From an uncultured Opitutales bacterium (GTDB lineage: Bacteria; Verrucomicrobiota; Verrucomicrobiia; Opitutales; Intestinicryptomonadaceae), in contig CAKTSY010000005.1 in NCBI GenBank assembly GCA_934613415.1, forward strand, positions 180,001 through 212,000: a DNA stretch of 32,000 nt, written 5' to 3'. The first letter of the stretch is position 1. Every line of letters begins with the position of its first letter. Under the pieces are notes generated by a model, which saw only the letters and a program-made list of their open reading frames with translations, had not been told where the DNA came from and did no database searches. This document shows, piece by piece, positions 1 through 9,349 of this stretch. The position numbers and the translations under genes are program-made.

Positions 1-1940
1 TTTTCGACCGCGAATACGGTTTCGAGCAAACTACAAGGGCGCTTTCCAGAATCTCGCTAGACGGCTTCGGCATAAAGAGGGAATTTGAGCCATTGGGAAC
101 GGCTGGAGCTTTGATATTTTATTCTGCCGAAACTTTAAGACACAGCCCCGTAAATTTGCGCTCGATAAAAAAATATGATTCGGGCAAATATATGTCGATA
201 GACGCCGCCACCCAGCGCAATTTGGAGCTTTTTAAGACTGTTTCCGGCTCGCGAAACGGCTCGGTTTTAAGCCTTATAGACTATACCCAGTCGGCGGCGG
301 GCGGCAGGTTGCTGGAATCTTATTTGGCGTCGCCGCTAATGGATTTAGACGAAATACGCCTAAGGGGGCAAACGGCAAAAGAGTTGTTCGACTCGCCAGC
401 CATCTGCGAAAAGCTGTTAAAAAGCTTAGGGCAGGTAAAAGATTTGCCGAGAATTTTAGGCAGGCTTAAAAATGGCGTAAAAAACCCGCGCGAGCTTGGG
501 GCGGTTGCCTCTACGTTAGACGAAATAGAGCCGATTAAAGAGCTTTTAAAATCGGTAGACGGCACTTTGTGCAAAGCTTTGGCGGAAAATATAGGAACAT
601 TTGCCGAATTAAAGGAACGCCTTAAAAACGCCCTTAACGACGAACTGCCCATAAAGATAGCCGAAGGCGGCGTTATACGAAGCGGCTTTAACCAAGAGCT
701 AGACGACACGCGCAACCTAAGCGTAAATTCAAAAAAATGGCTGTCCGACTTCGAGGCAAACGAACAGGCGCAAACTGGCATTAAAAATTTGCGCGTAAAG
801 CACACGGCCCCATTCGGGTTTTCCATAGAGGTAACAAAATCGTTTTTGCATTTGGTGCCCGCCCACTACATAAGAAGGCAAACCCTTGTAAACGCCGAAA
901 GGTTTACAACCGACGAGCTCCGCAAAAAGGAAACCGAAATTTTAAATTCCGAAGAAAAGGCATTGCAGCTCGAGCAAAAGATTTTCGACGAACTTGTAGA
1001 CTATGTTCTTGAAAGTTTCGACCCCCTTATAGACACCGCCGAAACCCTTGCAAAGGTAGACGTATTTTGCTCGTATGCCAAGCTTGCGCTAGATTGGGAC
1101 TATTGCCTGCCCAAAGTAGACAATTCCGACACGCTAGACATTGTTCAGGGCAGACACGTTGTGATAGAACAAATGCTTGCCAACGGCAAAACGGGGCTTT
1201 CCGACAAGTTTGTTCCGAACGATACTTTCCTGTCTTCAAGCGGCGAGCAAATTGCGCTTATAACGGGGCCGAATATGGCGGGCAAATCAACCTACATAAG
1301 GCAGACGGCGCTTATTGCAATTTTGGCGCAAATGGGTTGTTTTGTTCCAGCAAAAGAGTGCACAATGGGGCTAATCGACAAAGTGTTTAGCCGAGTTGGA
1401 GCTTCCGACGAGCTTTCGCGCGGCAACTCGACATTTATGGTCGAGATGAACGAAACGGCAAATATTTTAAACAACGCAACAAATAAGTCGCTTATTATAT
1501 TAGACGAAATAGGCAGGGGAACAAGCACCTACGACGGCCTTAGCATTGCCTGGGCAATAGTAGAATATCTGCACGGCGACGAAAAGTCGGGCCCAAAAAC
1601 TTTGTTTGCAACCCACTACCACGAGCTTACAAAGCTTGAAGGCCTTTTAAACAGGCTTGTAAACTACAAAGTTTGCGTAAGGGAATATAACGACGAAATC
1701 ATATTTGTAAGAACCATAGAGCGCGGCCAGGCCGACAAGTCTTACGGCATACAGGTGGCAAAGCTGGCGGGGCTACCCAACGAAGTTATAGAAAGGGCAA
1801 AAAGCGTGCTTAGCGAGATAGAAAACGAGGGCAACATTGTCGTTTGCAGGCTAGACTCGGCAAAGGGTGCAACACCCAAGCCGCGCCGCGAGCGCAAAAA
1901 AGACGCCCAAGGGGGAGCTACCCAGCTGTTTTTCCTTTAA
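1..1940 (+). CDS. mutS: DNA mismatch repair protein MutS, C-terminal ~645 aa (5' end lies upstream of the window)
   Basis: Frame 3 is open from nt 3 with no stop before the listed ORF (93..1940), so the gene runs off the left edge. The 'M' at 93 is a TTG inside the gene. Motifs: DAATQRNLELF (core), Walker A ITGPNMAGKST, STFMVEM, Walker B LIILDEIGRGTSTYDG, FATHYHELT. Confidence 0.95.
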   Translation, partial: FDREYGFEQTTRALSRISLDGFGIKREFEPLGTAGALIFYSAETLRHSPVNLRSIKKYDSGKYMSIDAATQRNLELFKTVSGSRNGSVLSLIDYTQSAAGGRLLESYLASPLMDLDEIRLRGQTAKELFDSPAICEKLLKSLGQVKDLPRILGRLKNGVKNPRELGAVASTLDEIEPIKELLKSVDGTLCKALAENIGTFAELKERLKNALNDELPIKIAEGGVIRSGFNQELDDTRNLSVNSKKWLSDFEANEQAQTGIKNLRVKHTAPFGFSIEVTKSFLHLVPAHYIRRQTLVNAERFTTDELRKKETEILNSEEKALQLEQKIFDELVDYVLESFDPLIDTAETLAKVDVFCSYAKLALDWDYCLPKVDNSDTLDIVQGRHVVIEQMLANGKTGLSDKFVPNDTFLSSSGEQIALITGPNMAGKSTYIRQTALIAILAQMGCFVPAKECTMGLIDKVFSRVGASDELSRGNSTFMVEMNETANILNNATNKSLIILDEIGRGTSTYDGLSIAWAIVEYLHGDEKSGPKTLFATHYHELTKLEGLLNRLVNYKVCVREYNDEIIFVRTIERGQADKSYGIQVAKLAGLPNEVIERAKSVLSEIENEGNIVVCRLDSAKGATPKPRRERKKDAQGGATQLFFL

Positions 1941-2001
1941 AATTTGTGGATATTTTTGCTTTAAAGCGGCATATATAAAAAGGCTTTAACCCGAAAATGC
2001 A

Positions 2002-3471
2002 ATGAACGAACAGCTTAAAGACAAAGTGTTGAATTTGCCCCACAAAAGCGGCGTTTATATTATGAAAGACGCTTTCGGGCAGGCGATATACATAGGCAAG
2101 GCAAAAGACTTAAAAAAGAGGGTTTCGCAGTATTTCCAAAAATCGCGCAAGCTGCACAGTTTTAAAATTCCATATATGGTAGACACCGTAGACGATTTGG
2201 AATTTTTTGAAACCAAAAACGAACAGCAGGCACTGATACTTGAAAGCCGCCTTATCGGCGAATGGAAGCCCCGATATAATACCGATTTAAAAGACAATAA
2301 AAACTTTTTGCTTTTAAGGGTTGAATATTTTAGAGAGCTTCCAGTATTTTCGCTTTGCAGAAATAGGATAGACGACAACTGCGCCTATTTTGGCCCCTAT
2401 CCTACAGCCGCGCGCATAAGAGAGGTTTTGGCGTTGCTGAAAAAAAACTTCGGGGTAATTTCGTCGGACGCAAAGCCCCAAAAAGACGCCGACGGCCTTT
2501 ACACCCTATACAACGATGCCCGCGCCGAAATATACGGCGAAAACAAAAAAATATCGGCGCAAGAATATATGCAAAGGGTAGACAAAGCCGTAGAGTTTTT
2601 AAAGGGCGACTCGCTTGAATTGCTGGACGACTTTGAAGAAAAAATGCAAAAGGCTTCGGAAAACCTTAAGTTTGAAGAGGCGGCAAAATATAGGGATTTG
2701 ATTTTTGCAGTAAGGGAAACCCTCAAGCTAAACCGAATGAGAAACTCGGCGGCAGACCTTTCGCGAAGTCCGAAAAAAGTGGCGCAAGAGGCAATTGCCA
2801 GACTAACCGAATGCTTGGGAGCAAAAGAGCCGATTTTAACTATGGAATGTTTCGACATTTCGCACATTTCGGGCAGTTTTTGCGTGGCCTCGATGGTAAG
2901 GTTCGAAAACGGGCTGCCGTGCAAGGCAAAATACAGGCATTTTAAGATTAAAAGCTTTGTCGGCAACGACGACTTTAGGGCTATGAACGAAGTTGTAAAA
3001 CGCCGCTACCTTAGGGTAGACACCCCGCCCGACTTGCTTGTTATAGACGGCGGTCAAGGACAGTTGTCGGCAACAAACAAAGTTTTTGAAGAAGTGCAAA
3101 ACCGCCCGAAAATGATAGTAGGCCTTGCCAAGCGCGAAGAAACCATTGTTTTGGCAACCGACTATTCCGAAATAAAGCTTCCCAAAAGCGACGAAGCCTT
3201 AAAACTTATGCAGCGAATACGCGACGAAGCGCACCGCTTTGCAAACTCCTTCAACGCCTTTTTAAGGGCAAAAAAGATAAGAGAAAGCGTGTTGGACGAT
3301 TTCGGAATGGGCGAAAAGCGAAAGATTGAGCTTTTAAAAAAATTCGGCTCAATAAGCGAATTGAAAAAGGCAACCCCGCAAAGCATTGCCGAAATAAAGG
3401 GTATTAGCCTAAACTATGCCGAAAAACTTTTAACATTTTTAAACGAACAGACAAATGCGCACAAAAGTTAA
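2002..3471 (+). CDS. uvrC: Excinuclease ABC subunit C (UvrC), compact 489-aa form
   Basis: N-terminal GIY-YIG (SGVYIMKD...IYIGKAKDLKKRVSQYF). UVR motif (FEEAAKYRDLIFAV). RNase H-like endonuclease region (ECFDISHISG ... LLVIDGGQGQLSA ... VGLAKREE). C-terminal helix-hairpin-helix pair (ELLKKFGSISELKKATPQSIAEIKGIS). Confidence 0.9.
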   Translation: MNEQLKDKVLNLPHKSGVYIMKDAFGQAIYIGKAKDLKKRVSQYFQKSRKLHSFKIPYMVDTVDDLEFFETKNEQQALILESRLIGEWKPRYNTDLKDNKNFLLLRVEYFRELPVFSLCRNRIDDNCAYFGPYPTAARIREVLALLKKNFGVISSDAKPQKDADGLYTLYNDARAEIYGENKKISAQEYMQRVDKAVEFLKGDSLELLDDFEEKMQKASENLKFEEAAKYRDLIFAVRETLKLNRMRNSAADLSRSPKKVAQEAIARLTECLGAKEPILTMECFDISHISGSFCVASMVRFENGLPCKAKYRHFKIKSFVGNDDFRAMNEVVKRRYLRVDTPPDLLVIDGGQGQLSATNKVFEEVQNRPKMIVGLAKREETIVLATDYSEIKLPKSDEALKLMQRIRDEAHRFANSFNAFLRAKKIRESVLDDFGMGEKRKIELLKKFGSISELKKATPQSIAEIKGISLNYAEKLLTFLNEQTNAHKS

Positions 3472-4336
3472 AATAATTAGCGGGCCGACTTGTTCGGGCA
3501 AAAGCGCAAGGGCTGTAGAATATGCTTTGCAAAACAACGCCGAAATTATTTCGTGCGACTCGGTTCAAGTTTATAAATATATGGACATAGGGTCTGCAAA
3601 GCTTAGCCCAAGCGAAATGTGCGGCATAACGCACCACTTAATAGACGTATGCGCCCCAAGCGAAATGTTCGACGTTTCAAAATATGTAGAATATTCAAAA
3701 AAAGCCGTTGCCGATATTTTGGCAAAGGGCAAAAACATTGTAGTTGCAGGCGGCAGCCCCTTTTATTTAAAGGCGTGGTTTTGCGCCGTTATCGACAACA
3801 TACAAGTTCCCGACGAAATAAGGCAAAAGGTAAGAAATATAGAGCTTTCGGGGGGAGCAGACGCCTTAAAAGAAGAGCTTTTAAAGCTAGACAATAGCGC
3901 CGCAAATTTTGTCGATATGGAAAACCCGCGAAGAACCGCAAGAGCCATTGAACGAATTTTGGCAAGCGGCAAAAAACTTGCCGATATTGTAGCCGAATTT
4001 AAGGCAAAGCCATGCCCCTTCGGCGACATAGAAAGAGACGTTGAAATTTTGGATTTCGACAATGCCGAAATTGAAAAGCGCATAGCAAAAAGAACAAAAA
4101 CAATGCTGGAAAACGGACTTTTGGACGAGTGCAAAAAACTGCTTAATTTGAACGTAAAAAACAACCCATCGGCCATGGGGGCAATAGGCTATAAAGAGTG
4201 TTTTGCCGCCATAGAAAGCGGCAATGTAGATGCCGATGCTTTATTTTGCGAAATTTCTAAAAACACCCTTAAACTTGTAAAAAAGCAAAGAAAATTTTTA
4301 AGGGGCATTTTGCGCCAAAATTTTCTTCCGCAATAA
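3455..4336 (+). CDS. miaA: tRNA dimethylallyltransferase (MiaA)
   Basis: P-loop ISGPTCSGKSARAVEYA, SCDSVQVYKYMDIGSAK, GGSPFYLKA. The ATG overlaps the uvrC 3' end by 17 nt. Confidence 0.9.
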   Translation: MRTKVKIISGPTCSGKSARAVEYALQNNAEIISCDSVQVYKYMDIGSAKLSPSEMCGITHHLIDVCAPSEMFDVSKYVEYSKKAVADILAKGKNIVVAGGSPFYLKAWFCAVIDNIQVPDEIRQKVRNIELSGGADALKEELLKLDNSAANFVDMENPRRTARAIERILASGKKLADIVAEFKAKPCPFGDIERDVEILDFDNAEIEKRIAKRTKTMLENGLLDECKKLLNLNVKNNPSAMGAIGYKECFAAIESGNVDADALFCEISKNTLKLVKKQRKFLRGILRQNFLPQ

Positions 4337-4374
4337 AAGTTCAAAAATGCAACTCATAAGTCGCCCTCTTGCGG

Positions 4375-5298
4375 CTATTTTTTTACCTGAACTTTTATTA
4401 CGGTTCTGCCCCCTTGCATTTCTTCGGGCACGCCAAGGCTGTTAAATTTAAAGTCGGTTTCCATTTCCTTCGACTGCCCTTTGCGCAATGTAATGGAAGC
4501 GTCGCTACCGTATACATTTCCGCCGCCCGTGTTGCTTTGTTGAACGGGTAACTTTTCCAGCTTGGGCAAGTCGGTTACCTTTGGGCGCACGGGCGTTTTT
4601 GGCACTTCAACAAAATTGCCGTCTTCGTCTATCGGCTTCGACGACATTGCCTTTGGTAGCGCAATCTTTAGCCTGTCGCGCTTTATCTGCGTATTCGAAA
4701 TATCGAACAAATCCAAAATGCTTTCGTCTTTTTGGTTTAGGTCTGCCCCCGCCTTTTTTATGGCTATGCCCGACTCGCCGTCGGTTGGCTTGCGCGAGTA
4801 ATATTTGTTTATGTCCGACATAGACCTTTCTATGTGGTCGTTATAGTCGGCGCGTATTTTGTTGTGAAAGCGACTGCGTTTTTCGGTGTCGAATCCGCCT
4901 TCGTATTTTTTCGACATATTGCGGTCGGCGTTGTCCAGAATAAAATCTTCGGGCACGCCGTTGTAGCGCGAAGTTTGCGAATATTGCGAAAATTCGGGGA
5001 CTGAATATTTTTTGTCGGAACCCGAAAAATTTTCGTCTGAAAACGCCGATTTTTGCCCGTTAATAGAGGCCATTTGGGAAGCCCCGCCCCAAGCTTTGTC
5101 GGCATTTTCGTTTTTAAAGCTTTTGTAGCGCATATCCGAGCCTTGAAAGCTTTTTTTAAAGGCGTCGCTTTCCTTGCCGTCGTAGCGTTTGTTAAGTGTG
5201 GCGTTTGCGCGCGTAAAGTCGGTGGCTTTTACCTGAGCAAAAAGCCCGTTTGCCGCCAACACGGCAAATAGCACAAAAACTGACGCCCTAAAAAACAT
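4375..5298 (-). CDS. Secreted hypothetical protein (~307 aa), no recognisable domain
   Basis: Listed ORF is 4375..5316. I prefer the ATG at 5298 (MFFRASVFVLFAVLAANGLFAQ looks like a signal peptide), which lies 1 nt after the parB stop (TAG-A-ATG). Lys/Asp/Ser/Asn-rich with no motif I recognise. Confidence 0.6.
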   Translation of the reverse strand: MFFRASVFVLFAVLAANGLFAQVKATDFTRANATLNKRYDGKESDAFKKSFQGSDMRYKSFKNENADKAWGGASQMASINGQKSAFSDENFSGSDKKYSVPEFSQYSQTSRYNGVPEDFILDNADRNMSKKYEGGFDTEKRSRFHNKIRADYNDHIERSMSDINKYYSRKPTDGESGIAIKKAGADLNQKDESILDLFDISNTQIKRDRLKIALPKAMSSKPIDEDGNFVEVPKTPVRPKVTDLPKLEKLPVQQSNTGGGNVYGSDASITLRKGQSKEMETDFKFNSLGVPEEMQGGRTVIKVQVKK

Positions 5299-5299
5299 T

Positions 5300-6247
5300 C
5301 TAAGCTTTAATTCCAATTATGTCCAATATGCGGGCAAGGTCGTCGTTGCCAACATAGTCGATTATAATTTTGCCCTTTTTGGAGGAATGCTTTATTTCGA
5401 CATTCGCGTTAAGCTTTTCTCTTATCTTGTTTTCCAAGTCGTGCAAAACCGCGCTTTGGCGAGTAGAAGAGCCCACCTTTGCGTCGGGCGAAGACGTTTT
5501 TGCGCTTTTAATTTTAGCCACGGCAATTTCGGTTGCCCTAACGTTCATATCGGTTTCTACAATACGGCGCGCAAGAGCCGCCTGCTGGGCTTTGTCGTCT
5601 AACCCAAGCAGCACTTTTGCGTTGCCAACCGACAACCTTCCCGCCGACACCAAATTTTGAACCTCTTTCGGCAGCGTAAGCAACCTTAGCGAATTTGCAA
5701 CAGCCGAGCGCGATTTGCCAATTCTACGCGAAAGCATATCCTGGGTAAGCTTAAAGTTTGCCATAAGGTTGGCAAAGCCCAAAGCCTCTTCCATGGGGTT
5801 TAGGTCGCTTCTTTGCAAGTTTTCTATAAGCCCCTTAACCGCCGACGACGCATCGGAAGCCGTTTGCACGTTTGCCATAATGCGTTTTAAGCCTAGCTGC
5901 TTGCACGCCCTCCAGCGTCTTTCGCCGGCAATAAGCTCGAAATTTCCGTCTGCAAGTTTCCTTACCACAATCGGCTGCATTAGGCCCTCCGAAGCAATGC
6001 TTTCGGCAAGCTCGTTTACCTCTTCGGGCAAAAATTCCCTTCTTGCCTGAAAGGGGCTGGGTACTATTTTGTCTATCAAAATTTCGCTATACAAATTTTG
6101 CGCCGAAAATTGCGAAGCCGGCGCGTTTGCCGCCTGCTTTTCGGGAGCTGCCGCCTGCGCTTTTACCTGCGGCTTTACAACCGCTTTGCCGCCGCCTGCT
6201 ATTATCGACGAAAGCCCCCTGCCCAACGATTTTCTCTCTTTAGCCAT
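5300..6247 (-). CDS. parB: Chromosome partitioning protein ParB/Spo0J family
   Basis: GRGLSSII N-terminal box, ParB box LIAGERRWRA, HTH region TQDMLSRRIGKSRSAVANSLRLL. Start moved to the ATG at 6247 (MAKERKSLGRGL), preceded by GGAG. The longer listed ORF (to 6292) would overlap the upstream gene. Confidence 0.9.
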   Translation of the reverse strand: MAKERKSLGRGLSSIIAGGGKAVVKPQVKAQAAAPEKQAANAPASQFSAQNLYSEILIDKIVPSPFQARREFLPEEVNELAESIASEGLMQPIVVRKLADGNFELIAGERRWRACKQLGLKRIMANVQTASDASSAVKGLIENLQRSDLNPMEEALGFANLMANFKLTQDMLSRRIGKSRSAVANSLRLLTLPKEVQNLVSAGRLSVGNAKVLLGLDDKAQQAALARRIVETDMNVRATEIAVAKIKSAKTSSPDAKVGSSTRQSAVLHDLENKIREKLNANVEIKHSSKKGKIIIDYVGNDDLARILDIIGIKA

Positions 6248-6260
6248 ATTAAACTTGCTC

Positions 6261-6830
6261 CTATTCCTGCGGGACAAACAACTTTTGCCCAACTCTTAAA
6301 GACGTGGGGTCCGAAATGTGGTTTGCGTCTTGTATCCAGCTAATTCTAGATTTTAGCTTGCGCGCAATTTTGCTAAGGCTGTCGCCGCTTTGAACAACGT
6401 AGGGAACGCCCGTTTGCGGGTATTCGTTAGAAAATGTTCTTTGCGGCTCGGCCTTGGGTTTTTCGTTTACAGCTCCCGCCAATTTTGCCATTGCGCTGTT
6501 TGTCTGCGAAGCCATAGAATCTAAGTCCTTCTTAACTTCCGAAATTATCTCGCGCTTTAACGCCGCCATTTTGGCGTCTACCGAAGTTTGCAACGAAGCC
6601 GACTGCGCCTTAACCGCATCGCTTGAAACCGAAGAGTTTTCGGCGGCTCTTATACGAGATGCCAAAGCTTCGTTCTCGCGCCTTAGCTGTTCAACCTCCA
6701 GTCTAAGCTGACCTACTTCGCGGCGCATAAGGGCAACGTCTTGCGTAAGGTCTGCCAAAGTAGATGTTTGGGCGTTAAGGGGTAGTGCCGTTGCTAAAAC
6801 GGCGGCCGAAAATAAAAATTGTCTAATCAT
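6261..6830 (-). CDS. Secreted coiled-coil protein with C-terminal LysM peptidoglycan-binding domain
   Basis: Start set at ATG 6830 (MIRQFLFSAAVLATALPLNAQ signal peptide). Coiled-coil-like LRLEVEQLRRENEALASRIRAAE. LysM: YVVQSGDSLSKIARKLKSRISWIQDANHISDPTSLRVGQKLFVP. Confidence 0.8.
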   Translation of the reverse strand: MIRQFLFSAAVLATALPLNAQTSTLADLTQDVALMRREVGQLRLEVEQLRRENEALASRIRAAENSSVSSDAVKAQSASLQTSVDAKMAALKREIISEVKKDLDSMASQTNSAMAKLAGAVNEKPKAEPQRTFSNEYPQTGVPYVVQSGDSLSKIARKLKSRISWIQDANHISDPTSLRVGQKLFVPQE

Positions 6831-6975
6831 AACTGCTATAAAGTTAAGCCAGATTACCGATATTTCAACGCTAAAAAGCAATATTCTTCTACAATTTGCA
6901 CAAAATTTGGCGCAAAAATAAATTTTCGGCAAATTTTTACTTTAAATTGGCGGCGTTTTCCTGAAAATATGCCCT

Positions 6976-8122
6976 ATGATTATAGATTCGCAAATACGCG
7001 CCGACATAGACGACATAAAAAAACGAGCCTCGCACCTGTGGAGGTTTCTTTGACGTAGAAGGAAAGCAAAAACTTATTACCGAAAAGGAAGCCGTTATGG
7101 CTTCGGACACCTTTTGGAACGACCAAAGCGCGGCGCAAAAAACCATAAACGAACTAAATTCGCTAAAGGCTGCAGTTGGCCCGCAGCTTGAACTAAAAAC
7201 CAAGCTAGACGACCTTCTTGTTTTGGAAGAGCTTGTAAAAGAATCGGAAAACGACCCCGATTTGGCGCAGGAACTGGCAAACGAATGCCAAGCTTTATAC
7301 AAGTTTTTGGACGAGGCGGAAATAAAGTCGTTTTTGTCGGGCCCTTTGGACGCAAACAACGCCATTATTACCATACACGCGGGAGCTGGCGGCACCGAAA
7401 GCTGCGACTGGTGCGAAATGCTCTTTAGAATGTACACGCGCTGGGTTGAAAAACGCGGCTGGAAGATGGAAATAGACGACCTGCAAGCCGGAGAAGAAGC
7501 GGGATTTTCGAAAATTACCGCAAGGATTATAGGCGACCATGCCTACGGCTACTGCAAATCGGAACGCGGAGTGCACAGGCTTGTAAGGATAAGCCCTTTC
7601 GACTCGAACAAGCGCAGGCACACCTCGTTTTGCTCGGTAGACGTTATCGCCGAAATTCAGGACGACCTTTTGGATTTCCAAATTCCCGACGAGGATTTGA
7701 GGATAGACACCTACCGCTCGAGCGGCAAGGGCGGCCAGCATGTAAATAAAACCGAAAGCGCGGTAAGGATAACGCACATACCTACGGGCATTGTGGTTTC
7801 CTGCCAAAACGAGCGCAGCCAAATAAAGAACAAAGCCACCGCAATGAAGGAGCTTAAAAGCCGCCTTTACGAGCGTATGCAAGACGAAAAGCGCGCCGAA
7901 ATGGACAAATTTTACGGCGAAAAGGGAGAGATTTCGTGGGGCAACCAAATACGAAGCTATGTATTTCAGCCCTACCAAATGGTAAAAGACCTGCGTACGG
8001 GAGCGCAAACGGGCAATATGACGGCCGTTATGGACGGCGACATAGACCTTTTTGTAAACGCCTTTTTAAGGGCGGGCTGCCCTACTTGCCGCAACAAAAA
8101 CATACAGATAGACGACGAATAG
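6976..8122 (+). CDS. prfB: Peptide chain release factor 2 (join 6976..7050, 7052..8122; programmed +1 frameshift)
   Basis: The listed ORF 7097..8122 has [13 protein letters not shown] and the GGQ motif ([20 protein letters not shown]). Its frame is open back to 7052. An upstream ORF in the -1-offset frame starts at ATG 6976 ([25 protein letters not shown]) and ends at in-frame TGA 7051..7053 within CTT TGA C. Shifting +1 gives ...[28 protein letters not shown], a normal RF2 N-terminus. Confidence 0.92.
7040..7054 (+). promoter_or_regulatory. RF2 autoregulatory +1 frameshift site: GGAGG-TTT-CTT-TGA-C
   Basis: An internal Shine-Dalgarno-like GGAGG (7040..7044) lies 3 nt upstream of CTT TGA C (7048..7054). 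This is the same architecture as the classical E. coli prfB site (AGGGGG-TAT-CTT-TGA-C). Confidence 0.9.
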
Positions 8123-8160
8123 GATTTACAAAATCAGGCAAATTAAAAATAATTGGCACC

Positions 8161-8826
8161 ATGAATAACCTGCAAAAGAATTTTATCATAGCAATGTGTC
8201 TTATAGCGTTTGTCTGCTGCATATTTGCGGTAAAATATGCACGGCAAAAGACCGAAACAATTTCGCTTGCAGAACGCGTAGAAAGTCAGGAAAGCCTGGC
8301 AAAAAGGCAGCAAAAAGAGGCTCAACAAATTAAGGACATTGCAGAACGCGCCCGAATTAAGGCATTAAGCGACCTTAAAAAAGCCGAGCAAGCCCGCAAA
8401 ATGCTTGAAAAAACAAAAGCCCAAAGCGAAAAGAACCAGCAAAAACTTTTGGCAGATTTAAACGCCCAGCTAGAAAGGGAGGCCAACGCCCGAAGCTCGG
8501 CCGAAAGCGCGTCTATTGAGCTTGCTCGCCAAAAAGAGGCTTTGCAAAAGGCGGTAAGCGATGCCCGACAAACCATTGCAAAGCTCCAGCAAACTACTAT
8601 GGGCAAAAACGACACCGACAAATTGCTGGATTTCTATAAAAACCTGATAAGGGAAAAAGACGCCGAAATTGCCGACCTAAAGCAAAAGCAGCAGGAGCTA
8701 GACCAGCTAAAGAAAAACGCCGAAGCCGCCCAAATTGCAACCGAAAAGGAAATTTTAAATAAGGGCGGCACAATTACACTGCCCAAAAGCCGCAGGCTGC
8801 TTTCGCCCAATTTTAGGGGAATGTAA
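8161..8826 (+). CDS. Membrane-anchored coiled-coil protein, function unknown
   Basis: Listed ORF 7936..8826 overlaps the prfB 3' end. I start at ATG 8161 (MNNLQKNFIIAMCLIAFVCCIFAV = N-terminal TM helix). The remainder is Q/K/E/A-rich coiled coil. Confidence 0.6.
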   Translation: MNNLQKNFIIAMCLIAFVCCIFAVKYARQKTETISLAERVESQESLAKRQQKEAQQIKDIAERARIKALSDLKKAEQARKMLEKTKAQSEKNQQKLLADLNAQLEREANARSSAESASIELARQKEALQKAVSDARQTIAKLQQTTMGKNDTDKLLDFYKNLIREKDAEIADLKQKQQELDQLKKNAEAAQIATEKEILNKGGTITLPKSRRLLSPNFRGM

Positions 8827-8844
8827 AAAATTTGCATTACCCGT

Positions 8845-8892
8845 AAAAAAGGAACGCCCGCTTGGCATAACACCAAACGGGCGTGTTTTTTA
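8845..8892. terminator. Bidirectional intrinsic terminator between convergent genes
   Basis: Stem acgcccg (8854..8860) / cgggcgt (8878..8884). It is flanked by an A-run upstream (aaaaaagga) and gtttttta downstream. It sits between the 8161..8826 (+) and 8918..9349 (-) genes. Confidence 0.65.
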
Positions 8893-8917
8893 TATACAAC
8901 CTTAGATAAGAAAGTTA

Positions 8918-9349
8918 CTACAAAGCCGCCAGCATTTTCAGCTCGTTTTCAAGCAAAGTTGCGCTTAGGTTGTCTATTTCGTTGCCCAACTTTTCTATTG
9001 AGCGGTTGTTGCGGTTATATTCAAGCTCGCAAACAACATTGTTTTGCATTGCATTTACCAATTCGGCGTCGCTGGGCAGAGGCTCTAAAGCGTAGTTTGC
9101 ATAGCCAAAATACAACGCCAAAGCGGCAGCCGCCGAAAGCACTGTGCCCCAAAACGCCCTTATTTTTGCGCTTTTGCCCTTTTCGCGCCCTATTTGCGCC
9201 AAAAGCTTGTCGGTAAATTCGTCGCTTAAGGCTATTTTTTGCAATGCTAAACATTCGTCTATTTTGGCGTCTACAAGCGTTTTTTGCACAAAATCGTCGT
9301 TCAACGCCACTTTGTTTTTCAAAAAAAGTTCGTCTATCTTATTATTCAT
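8918..9349 (-). CDS. Putative anti-sigma factor (single-pass membrane protein)
   Basis: The start overlaps the stop of the upstream ECF sigma gene by 8 nt. One TM helix (AFWGTVLSAAAALALYFGYANYA). No zinc-binding HxxxCxxC motif, so the function is inferred from context only. Confidence 0.45.
   Translation of the reverse strand: MNNKIDELFLKNKVALNDDFVQKTLVDAKIDECLALQKIALSDEFTDKLLAQIGREKGKSAKIRAFWGTVLSAAAALALYFGYANYALEPLPSDAELVNAMQNNVVCELEYNRNNRSIEKLGNEIDNLSATLLENELKMLAAL

Noticed and set aside
1945-1953. TGTGGATAT, an 8/9 match to a DnaA box on the reverse strand, between mutS and uvrC
   Set aside because: It is a single isolated box with no cluster or AT-rich unwinding element, so it is not evidence for an origin.
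6880-6960. Recurrent AAATTT/AATTTG tracts at ~11-13-bp spacing upstream of prfB, as possible intrinsically bent DNA
   Set aside because: The spacing is irregular by eye, and AT-rich divergent promoter regions commonly look like this. I cannot support it without a curvature calculation.
7936-8160. N-terminal 75 codons of the listed ORF 7936..8826
   Set aside because: This part overlaps the prfB 3' end in another frame and is Gly/Arg/Pro-rich junk. A clean start with a TM helix exists at ATG 8161.
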